A stretch of 64,000 nucleotides of DNA from Mobula hypostoma. Taxonomy: Eukaryota. The position numbers and the translations under genes are program-made. Of the stretch, positions 37,270-47,814 are shown piece by piece. Under the pieces are notes generated by a model. It searched no databases, was not told the origin of the DNA, and saw only the letters and a program-made list of their open reading frames with translations. Numbering within the stretch: position 1 is the stretch's first letter; every line of letters begins with the position of its first letter. Where the stretch lies: positions 186,932,001 to 186,996,000 of the forward strand of contig NC_086097.1 of NCBI RefSeq assembly GCF_963921235.1. Direction: 5' to 3'.

Positions 37270-39450
37270 TCTCAGATATGATCATCGCAGATGCACTTAT
37301 TATGATCTTTCAAGAAACACTTGATTCTGGCATGGTTCTGGAGAAATGGAAAATTGCAAATATCGCTCCATGGGAGGAAGGCAAAAGAAAGGAAATTATA
37401 GGCCAGCTAGCCTAACCTCAGTGGTCGGGAAAGTGTTGTAGTCTATTATTAAGGATGAGGCTTCAAAGTACTTGGAGAATAATGCAGTCATCCCACCTCT
37501 CCCGGAAGTTCCGGGAGTCTTCCGCATATTAATAGTGGCTCCCTGATGCCGGCAAATTATATACAATATCACGGAAATCAATTTTTTGAAAGCGAGCGAG
37601 AGAGCACGAGAGAGAAAGCAAAAGAGAAAGTGCGAGAGCAACCACGAGAGAGAGCGCGCGTGAGAGAGAGCGAGGGCAAGCAAGCAAGAGTGCGCGAGCG
37701 AGAGAGAGAGAGAGAAAGAGCGTGCATGCGCACCATGGGAGAGTGTTCCAAAAAAAGAAAATATAAAATGTACGTCACCCCAGACTACACTAAAGTGTAC
37801 CCCTGCCTAATAGGGGTCAAAAATAAAGACAGTGTTGCTCACTGTGCTGTCTGCAACAGTGACTTTTCTATTGCCCGTGGTGGGTTAAAATGTAAAAGAC
37901 ATGTTGAGGTGAGCTTAACAGGTGTCATTCATTCATTAGCATAGCTAACGTTATTTAAACCAGCTGGCTAGCTGCCAAGGAGCTACTCTATTGCAGACAT
38001 CCCACCTCTCCCGGAAGTTCCAGGAGTCTCCTGCAAATTGACGGTGCTACCTCCCTGAAATGAGTTTTTGCAGGGTGGGATGTCTGATAATGATAAAATA
38101 AGTCAAAGTCAGCATGGTTCCTATGAAGGGAAATCTTGCCTGGCAAATCCGTTAAAGTTCTTCGAGGAAGTAACAAGCAGGGTGAACAAGGGAGAAACAG
38201 TGGGTGTCATTTATTTGGATTTTCAGAAGGCATTTGATAAAGTGCCACACATGCTTAACAAGATAAAATCCTGTGGCGTTACAGAAAAGATACTGGCGTG
38301 GATGGAGGAATAGCTGACAGGCAGGAGGCAGTGAGTGGGATTAAAGGGTTTTTTAACGTTGGCTGCTAGTGACTAGTGGTGTTTCTCAGAGGTTAGTATT
38401 GGGACCACTACTTTTCACATTGTTTTTCAATGATGTATATAATGGAACTGACAGCTTTGTGAGAGTAAGAGTTTGGCACGGACTAGAAGGGCCGAGATGG
38501 CCTGTTTCCGTGCTGTAATTGTTATATGGTTATATGGTTTGTGGCAAAGTTTGCAGATGATACAAAGATAGATAGAGGGGTAGGTAGTGCTGATGAAGCA
38601 ACGTGATTGCAGCAGGACTTAGACAAATTGGAAGAATGGGCAAAAAAGTGACAGATGGAACTTAGTGTGAAATGGCTGATAATGCATTTCGGAAAAAGGA
38701 ACAAAAATGCAGACTTTCTGAATGGGGAGAAAATTCAAACATCAGAGGTGCAGAGGGACTTACAAGGAGATAATGCTGAGGCTTTATAAGACACTAGTCA
38801 GCCTGCACTTGGAGTATTGTCAACAGTTTTCGGCCCCATATCACAGAAAGGAGAGAGTCCAGAGGAGGTTCATGATGATGATTCTGGGAATGAAGGGGTT
38901 AACATATGGAAGGATAGTCTGACCAGGTTATGTTTGTTTTCATTGGAATAAACACTGTGACTTAGAAAGCTGTGATATGGCTGGATGAGGTGAACTTGAT
39001 GGCTCTATTTTATTTAGCTGTTTGGCAGTTTTGGGCCTGTACTCACTGGAATTTAGAAGAATGGGTAGGGTTCTCATTGAAATCTACTGAGTGTTGAAAG
39101 GACTGGATAGGGTGGATGTGGAGAGGACGTTTCTTATGGTGGGGCTATCCAGAACAAGAGGGCACAGCCTCAAAATGGAGGGGTGACTCTTTAGAACAGA
39201 GGTAAGGAAGAAATTTTTTAGCCAGAGACTAGTGGATCTGTGAAATGTTCTGCCATAGACTGTGGTAGAGGCCAAGACTGTGTGTAAATTTAAAGAGAAA
39301 ATTGATAGCTTCCTGATTGGTTGGTGGGATCAAAGGTTATAGCAAGAAGGCAGGTGTATAAGGTTGAGTGGGATCCAGGATCAGCTATGATGGAATGGCA
39401 GAGCACTCGATGGGCTGAATGGCCTGATTATGCTCCTATGACTTATGGTC
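37270..39450 (+). mobile_element. Decayed CR1 ORF2/3' end with three inserts (37485-38086, 38462-38537, 38907-39023)
   Basis: NYRPASLTSVVGK at about 37393, ORF 38068-38313 (YLDFQKAFDKVPH), ORF 38722-38922, tail 'cttatggtctt'. Confidence 0.8.
37485..38086 (+). mobile_element. Non-autonomous hAT-like DNA transposon with 6-bp TSD and BED-like zinc-finger exon
   Basis: TIRs cagtcatcccacc / ggtgggatgtctg; ATAATG at 37479-37484 and 38087-38092; encodes SKKRKYK...HCAVCNSDFSIARGGLKCKRHVE followed by a GTGAG donor. Confidence 0.8.
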
Positions 39451-40449
39451 TTTTCTCAGATCCCTCTTTTTAAACTTTAAGCTATGTCCCCAAGGGCTCA
39501 CTAATATTTTTGCAGCTACCTCATCATCAGTGTGGCTCACTTATAAGAAGTAAATGATGAGGCAAAACTGTGGGAATTGGCATTGCACTAATTTAAGGTC
39601 AAGTGTTGCAATTTGCAGCTTGTTAGAATACTTTGTTGAAGTAATCACAAGCATCAGAGAGTTAATAGATGACCTATTACTTGGCAGTGAAGCATTCTGA
39701 CATTATCCCTGTGGTTTCCGGAACTGCCCAATTTCACATGATTTAGTGCTGATCTGTAAATCAGGTTTGTATGTATGCATTAATTCCGTTTTTAACATGT
39801 GATTTCTGATGCAATTTCACTCACAGTTCAAACATGCAAATGGATTGCTTTGTCACAAACAGTGCGTGAACTGTCTTGTCCTGCCTCAATTGAAGACGTT
39901 CTGGGCATACAGTTTGAAGAGAGTGCTCTAACGTTCTAGGCACAGGCCCTTCTAGTTTCTCTGAAATTATGGACCCCCATCTGAGAGTGGGAAGTCAGAG
40001 AATATACTACATAAAATTGTAGAGAGAACAACTAGGTCACAGCTTGTGTACTATATATTGGTCTGGTCTCCACACTTCTAAACATGTGAGGATGCACAGG
40101 AGATTTGTGAAGACTTTTCCAGAGCCTGGGAATGTTAATTGGAAGGATAGTCTGACCAGGTTGTGTTTGTTTCCATTGGAACAAACACTGTGACTTGGAA
40201 AGCTATGATATGGCTGGATAGACTGAACTTGATGGCCCTATTTTAGTTAGCTGTTTTATAATTGGGCCATTGACAGTGGCTGTTGAGGTAAGAATAAAAA
40301 CTGAAGGAAGGGAGTGGTTACTGGAAGTTAGAGTTCAGGCTTTCAGTTTGGAAACTACCCACCATCTCCAGCGGAGAGGAACTGATTGGGTCTGTTCTCT
40401 GGAAAGAAGTGGAGAGTCCTGAAGCCTTCCTGATACAAGAAGGGTACAA

Positions 40450-42270
40450 AAAGAAGTACACTATTGATGTCACTGTCATTAAACACATCTATGTGAGGGC
40501 AAATCAGAAGCCATGGTTGACAGCAGAGGTTCAAGTACAGCTGTGAAATTGGGATGCTGGCTTCAGATCAGGGGATAAGATAGCTCACAGGTCAGCAAAA
40601 ACTGCATTTTCCAGCACCATCAGCAAGGCAAAACTGAATTATTCTCAGAGACACAAGGGGCACGTGGCAGGGCATTTAGACCATAGCAGACTACAAGTTC
40701 ATCCTGAGCTTTAACAATAGTGACGCTTCTCTTCCTGATAGGCTGAACGCCTTTTCACTTGGTTTGATGCACGGAGCAAGGGAGCAAAGGAGCAAAGTGC
40801 GGGTGGGGAGGGCCCCCCTTTCTTCCCGAGGGGCAGGCATTCTATCGGGTCACAGCTGATGTGAGGAAGATCCTAGTCAGGGTCAACCCATGTAAAGCTG
40901 TGGGGCCTGACAACGTACCTGGTTGGGTGCTGAAGGATTATGCAGACCAGTTAACTGAGGTTCTAACAGCCATCTTCAACATCTCTCTGGAACATTCTGC
41001 TGTCCCCTCAGGCTTCAAGGGGGCCTTGAGGGTGACAATAATCTGCCTCAATGACTACTGTCTAGTGGTTCTGACCTCAACAATAATGAAGTGCTCTGAC
41101 TAGCTGGTTTTAGATCACAATAAGTTCCTGCTATATTGGAGCCTTTCCAGTTCACTTACCATTCAGTTCAGTCCACTGATGATGCCGTAGCCTCTGCACT
41201 CCATTTTGTCCTGTCCCACCTGGAAAATAGTGCCTCATGTGCCAGGATGTTATTTATTGATTTCATCTCGGCATTCAATACAACCATGCCCCATAGTTAA
41301 ACTGTCCTCATTGGGTCCCAAAACCCCTCTGTGGATGGATCCTGCACTATTTATTTATTTAGTGATACAGCGCAGAGGGTGGAGGGGTGCCTTCCACCCC
41401 TCTGAGCACTGTGACCTCAAAACCCCGACCAACCCTAACCTAATAACAGAAATGACCAATTAAGATACCTGGTACATTGTTGGACTGTAGGAGGAAACCG
41501 GAGCACCTGGGTGATAAAGCACACATTCCATAGAGAGGACAGACAGGATGGTGGCAGAATTTAACTCCGAACTCCTGAACGACCTTTGTCGTAATAGTGT
41601 GAAAACTGCTACGCTAGTGTGAATTCTTGATAAATCAGACCACGAGCAATCCACATTAGCAGAAGCATCTGTAGCTCATCATGCTGAGCACTCACAAGGG
41701 CTGCGTGCTTGGCCTAGTGCTGCTAATGCTGCTGACACGTTACTGCGTTGCTAGATCCAGTTCAAACTGAATCACTAAGTTCGCTGATGACACAACAGCG
41801 ACTGAGGACTGCTGAGAGGTTCATCGGGGCCTCTCTTCACCCACCAGAGATATTTATCAGGAGGAATGTGTACGCAAGGTCCTTAGCATTGACAAAGATT
41901 CCCCTCATTCATCCACTAATCTCTGTGAAATTCCCTCCCCCCGACCCCACCTATCATCAAGCAGGACTTATGTAGCTTTAGGACAAGAACTGTTAGAATG
42001 GGAAACAACTCCCCCCCACTCCACAGGCCGTAAGACTATTGAATTCCCCGCTACCAGCCATGTCTCATCACATATGAAACAACAGTAGCTTTATATTGTT
42101 TATTTTTTAAACTTGTGTCATATATGCATCTTATTATTTATTCATTTATTTGTAGTAATATTACTTTGTGTTATGTGTATGAGTTATATGTACTGCGGTT
42201 GGCATTTTGGTCCGGAGGAATGTTGTCTGGTTTGGTGGTATACATGTGTACAGTTGAATAACTTGAACTT
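40450..42270 (+). mobile_element. Heavily decayed Rex/L2-type LINE with nested V-SINE-like SINE (about 41345-41620, minus)
   Basis: ORF 40861-41103 (VNPCKAVGPDNVPGWVLKDYADQLTEV...LNDYCLVVLTSTIMKC); 'ggaggaaaccggagcacctgg' SINE core; tail 'aacttgaacttga'. Confidence 0.7.
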
Positions 42271-43145
42271 GATGAGGGTACAAACATGTACAGGGACTGA
42301 ACGTCCATGATGAAAGTACGGTGGTTGGAGTCTGAGCTGGGGAACTGAGGATTGCTGAAGTGGTGGGGAGCATGTGAGGTGTCATGAATCTAATTGGGAA
42401 GGGACTTGTCTGGAGGAACAAGATGGAGTCAAGCTGAAAGGATATGAACAAGAGAAAATCTGTACTGCTGGAAATCCAAGCAACACACGGAAAGTGCTCC
42501 CAGGCAGCATCTATGGAAAAGGATACAATCGACGTTTCAGGACTGATGAAGGGTCTCTGCTGGAAACGCCGGCTGTACTTTTTTCCCATAGAAGATGCCT
42601 GGCAGCATTTCCTCCAGCATTTTGTGCATAAAAGGATACGAGTTCAATAGGACAGGATCAGGCAGAAACTGAGGCAGTTTGGTTTCTGAATCTTGGGTAG
42701 GAGAGAGAATGGGGCATTATGGAGTAACGGGGACATCTCCAGAGGCAACGAGTCAGCAGTGTTGCTGGAGACAGTGGCCTGATGTTCCTTAGTTGTGTCC
42801 TGATTCTGGAGTGAGTAAGAGGGGGTGTCCAAGAGCTGTATTGGGCAAGGTAGAGGCCAGCCCACCAGACTACAACAGCACCACCCTTGTCTGGTGAGGT
42901 TGGGATTGGTGTGGAGCAATGTGTTTAGAGGGGTGAGGTTGAAGTAGTGAAGTCAAGATTGTTAATGTCCTATCAGCATTCAAAGCTGTAAAGATACAGA
43001 ATAGGCAGAGGACCAGAATGGTGCCTCCAAAAGGAGGATGAAGGCTTGAGGTGGGAGAAGGGGTGATTGGTGGAAGGGTGAGGAATCTTTGCTGAAGGAA
43101 TAGCTGTGGAGGTGATGGGAGAAGAGCCTCACGTCATGGCTAAGA
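42270..43145 (-). mobile_element. Penelope-like element, N-terminal half of the RT (decayed), with an inverted pLTR pair inserted at about 42445-42630
   Basis: Minus-strand peptides LHTNPNLT..., QLLDTPSY...DTTKEHQATVS, FSLLPKIQKP and FIMDVQSLY (PLE RT motif A) at about 42290-42315. Confidence 0.72.
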
Positions 43146-43156
43146 TCACATTTTAA

Positions 43157-43352
43157 GAAACATAGAAACATAGAAAATAGGTGCAGGAGTAGGCCATTCG
43201 GCCCTTCGAGCCTGCACCGCCATTTATTATGATCATGGCTGATCATCCAACTCAGAACCCAGCCTTCCCTCCATACCCCCTGACCCCTGTAGCCACAAGG
43301 GCCATATCTAACTCCCTCTTAAACATAGCCAATGAACTGGCCTCAATTGTTT
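43157..43352 (-). mobile_element. Short 3' end of the same young CR1 family as 28771-32188
   Basis: Near-identical to 61356-61555. Confidence 0.9.
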
Positions 43353-44228
43353 GCGATGAGTTCTTGAAGTGCTGCAATCTGTAAGACTATGGAGTGGGAA
43401 CTGGGACTAAACAAAATAGCTGTGTGTTTAGGAAGAGAGGGGGTAGTTGCTGAATGGTCCCTTGCTGTGCTTTTGAACTTCTAACATTTGATTTCTATGA
43501 CTTTCAATTCTAATGCAAATGTAAGGATGAAACTATTATAAAACTAGTTAGGGAAATCTTGAGCATGTGGCCACAAACCATTATGACGCAATCTTATGAT
43601 CAGTTATTCAAACTTAAAGGAAAAAGAAATTTCAAGATTCAAAATTGTTTGTTGTCATTCTTCAGTGCACAATTGTAAAGGGGAATGAAATGATTGTTAC
43701 TCCAGATCCAACGCAGCATAAAAAACACAAAAACACAATAAATATACAGTAAATACATAAGATAAGCTTATATACATGTTCAAAACAACTTTGTATGTTC
43801 AAAGTTCAAAGTACATTTATTATCAAAGTGTGTATACATTATACAACCTGGAGATTCATCTCCTAACAGGCAAACCTGAAATAAAGAAACGCAAAAGGAC
43901 CCAGAGAAGACCTTTGAACACCCTATGTGCAGAGAGGGAAAAAACCACAAGCAAATAGCATTCTGAACAGAAGTACACAAGGGATTCCATAGTTCAGTGC
44001 AGAGCCGAGTAAAATTGTGGAGCAGCAATCTGAACTGGTCTGTCCCTCACCTCGGGTCCCAACACCCCAACCTTTTCAATTTGGCTCAGTGCCTAAATTG
44101 ATGTCTAAACATTGGGTTTAATCGCTTGGATACTCTCTGGGACCTGGACCCCACCAGCTCGAGTTTTCCTGTAACTGACCTTTCCGATAAAGTACATAAT
44201 GTGACATCAGGTACAGAAGTATCTATAC

Positions 44229-46150
44229 CAATATTCCCTGTAACTTGTCTGCACAAAAATCTTGCTCCGTGCAATTTTTTGCCTAGTGACAACAACATGT
44301 GCAAACTGAATTTTTAAGTGGAAATAAACTTGAAGCTATTCTAAGGATAATAAGTCTAGCTTGTTGTTCATTGTTTAAAAGCAGTAAAATAATACACATC
44401 AGTGAGTCTTATTTCTCATCTACTATGTGATGTAATAAATATCAATCTTTCCATATGTTATTAAAATTGTTTGAAATGGTCAAACAAAACTTATAAAATT
44501 TCAAAGCTAGTTGAGAAAATATCCAGATGGGTATTTTATTTGGAAAACATTGCATACAGCACAGATTTTATAGCTTGATTACATGAGACATAAAGTTGTA
44601 CAAGATAATTAACATATTTAAGTTGCTTAGTTATTTTTCTCCCTTCTGTCTTTGGCATTTACTCGCTCTTTGTGAACTCTGTCAAGACTAATAAATCCTT
44701 CCAACAGAGAGCTTTGAATTCTCATCAGCTTATTCAAATGATACTGACTTAAACAGTTTTTCGGTTTGTTTTGGATTTGATATATTAGACTAAAACCTCT
44801 TTCACAGGCAGAGCAAGAAAGGTTCCGCCAATGTCCATCAATTTTGCAAGGTCATAAAACTCTTTATTTTGAAGTGCAAATGTCACCTCTTCAGAAAAAC
44901 GAATAATCGGTTTGGATTTAATATTCTTTTTGTACAGCAAATTTGAAGTCATTGTACCACTTAACTGTGATGGTATTTTCAGCACAAGAATCAGAATAAT
45001 TTCCACAGAAGGCACTGTCTTGGTCTTTGCCAAAGTTGAGGTCACAATCTGCAAGCACAGCAAAATCAAAAGCTACCCATTCTTGTACCTCATCCTCGGA
45101 AAACCTCTCTTCTAAAGGAACACAGAGAAGGTTTATAAAGTTCAACCAAGAATTTGTGTCTACAGTCATGTTTTTGTCACAACGTTGGCTTAGCAAAGCT
45201 TTAACTTTCTCACTCCAAGACATACTGTCTGCCAGACACTGCTTTCTTATCTTGTTAATTTTGCCTCTTGAAATCAAAGCCTCATAACTGTTCATGATTG
45301 CCTGTTGTGCAAAGGCATCTCACTTCATTCAGTGGTCCCAAAGCAATAGCTTCATTTTCAGAGGCTGTTGCAATTTCTTTAAGCGTGCATCTTTTAGTTG
45401 AAGATTGAGAAAACACCCTATAGGTTGTTTTCATAAAAAATTTGATGTCACATATTAACTTGACCTCTTTCCATGCATCGCTAATTCCTGGATCTTCACA
45501 GTGTGCCACACAGTGTTGTTGAACTAAGTGTGGGATATCCTGCAATGCTATTGCCTTTTCCCAACACCGCTGATGCTCCATCAGATGGGAAATTGACCAT
45601 TTTATGGAGGTCGAGTTTGTTCTTTTCATAAAACTCTCTGCTCGCTATTACAATGAAAAAAGCATCACATGGCTTCAGCTGAAATATTCCACCAAATGAA
45701 GTGTTGTACATAGTACAACATTTAGGTCTGAATTTGCGAGATTTGTTGACAGAAATATCTGTGGATTTTTCCGCTGCTAAAGTGTGAAAATCTGCTGATG
45801 CTATTTCTTCAAACATGTTTTTCCACTTTAAATGAACTAGCAGTTCTTTTGCGCTTCAAGCCCTTTGCATCCTTGCAATTCGAGATAGCGAATCAATAAT
45901 TTCTTAATAAAAACAGCATAAATAAGCCAGTTCTAATATCTGCAGTCAAATCCTCAACAGCACCATGTTGTCAACACCATCTGCATCAGAAATGAGAAAA
46001 GGAAATATGATTGTTTACGATAATGAAATATACTTAACATGTCAACAAGATAGAGGCTGATAACCTTTTGTACACAGTTTAAATTCCTTTGTGCGTTTGT
46101 CGCAAAAGATATGTGTGCATGCACACGCGGATACCTTAGAGGGAGCATTG
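44229..46150 (-). mobile_element. hAT DNA transposon fossil (ZNF862-like transposase), both ends present
   Basis: TIRs caatattccctgtaa and revcomp caatgctccctctaa (12/15); TSD ATCTATAC (44221-44228) / ATCTGTAC (46151-46158); transposase motifs EKSTDIS, SDGASAVLGK, HCVAH, LNEVRCL, IGGTFLA in frameshifted ORFs. Confidence 0.88.
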
Positions 46151-46749
46151 ATCTGTACATCAAAAAAGGGATATACGGGTAAATGGTTGCTTTTCAGTTT
46201 GGTAGACAGTGATGACCATGAAGAATCAATGGTAGAAAAACTTATTAGCTGGATAGTACATTTTCAAGCTATTTCTGGTCAAAAGGGAGGAAGGTATCAA
46301 TTGAATGTGATGCAGTGAGACTAGCATAATGTATGAGTTATTAACTGAGACTGAGTTTTATACAACAAAGTATGAGATACCATTTGGCAGAAGGATTGGG
46401 GAAGTAACAAAGATGGTACAGGAACAGAGGGCTAATGGGAATGTAAGTGCAGGACAGACAAAAGAGCTTGGACTTCGTAGCCAGGAGCACTAAAATACTA
46501 AAATAGCAACACTCTGAAACATCTTGTTTAGTTGAGCCACAATCTGTCTATCTTATTCCATGCTGGTGACCATGCTTTTAGAAAGATGCAAAAATCCTTG
46601 AGATGGACATTTACCAGAATGCTTCCGGTAATGGAAGGTTTTAGCTGCAAAAGTTAGGTCTGAGAAGCTGGCTATGTTCTCACTGGACAAAAAGAATTGA
46701 GGGTAGTTTTGAAACTGGGAAACAACTTCGAAAAAGGCAAAGACAACCT

Positions 46750-47421
46750 GTGCTCCCGATGTGGCCTTTTATATATTGGTGAGACCCGACGCAGACTGGG
46801 AGACCGCTTTGCTGAACATCTACGCTCTGTCCGCCAGAGAAAGCAGGATCTCCCAGTGGCCACACATTTTAATTCCACATCCCATTCCCATTCTGACATG
46901 TCTATCCACGGCCTCCTCTACTGTAAAGATGAAGCCACACTCAGGTTGGAGGAACAACACCTTATATTCCGTCTGGGTAGCCTCCAACCTGATGGCATGA
47001 ACATTGACTTCTCTAACTTCCGCTCATACCCCACCTCCCCCTCGTACCCCATCTGTTATTTATTTTTATACACACATTCTTTCTCTCACTCTCCTTTTTC
47101 TCCCTCTGTCCCTCTGAATATACCTCTTGCCCATCCTTTGGGTCACCCCCCCCCCTTGTCTTTCTTCCCGGACCTCCTGTCCCATGATCCTCTCGTATCC
47201 CCTTTTGCCTATCACCTGTCCAGCTCTTGGCTCTATCCCTCCCCCTCCTGTCTTCTCCTATCATTTTGCATCTCCCCCTCCCCCTCCAGCTTTCAAATCC
47301 CTTACTCACTCTTCCTTCAGTTAGTCCTGACGAAGGGTCTCGGCCTGAAACGTCAACTGCGCCTCTTCCTATAGATGCTGCTTGGCCTGCTGCGTTCACC
47401 AGCAACTTTGATGTATGTTGC
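46750..47421 (+). mobile_element. Young 5'-truncated Penelope-like element (GIY-YIG C-terminal part + pLTR) inserted in an old CR1
   Basis: CSRCGLLYIGETRRRLGDRFAEHLRSVRQ...PVATHFN...LEEQHLIFRLGSLQPDGMNIDFSNF in ORF 46697-47374. Confidence 0.9.
47322..47359 (+). ncRNA. Minimal type-I hammerhead ribozyme in Penelope pLTR
   Basis: UAGUC-CUGACGA-A-GGGUC-UC-GGCCU-GAAAC-GUC-AACUG; core boxes intact, predicted cleavage after 47354. Confidence 0.72.
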
Positions 47422-47814
47422 TGTCATCATTAAATGATGGTATCAAGATAAAAGGACAAGGGTTAAAAGTTTGCAGTAATATAAGAAGAATTATTTATAC
47501 TGAGGAGGGAAGAATTGATGTTAAGAGTGGTGGATATGGAGACTATGATCCCAGAAAGAAATTTAATAGGCATGACAGGGAAATAAATTTGTTTTTCTAT
47601 GGAACTGGTTGATTATTTTACAGAGAGGCAATATAGATACGATGGACTGAACAATTTCTACTTTTCTGTAAAATCTCCATAGACATTCAAAGAGAGTGAA
47701 AATAGAAGACATTTGAACTTTTCTCCAATCAGGTTAATTAGAGACACTGCCACATTACACAATTCCAGTTGTACTCCTAGCAATGACCAATGCAGTATGA
47801 CATAGAAGTGTCAT

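Noticed and set aside
37585..37725. Arg/Glu-rich ORF segment
   Set aside because: GA-rich microsatellite inside the DNA transposon
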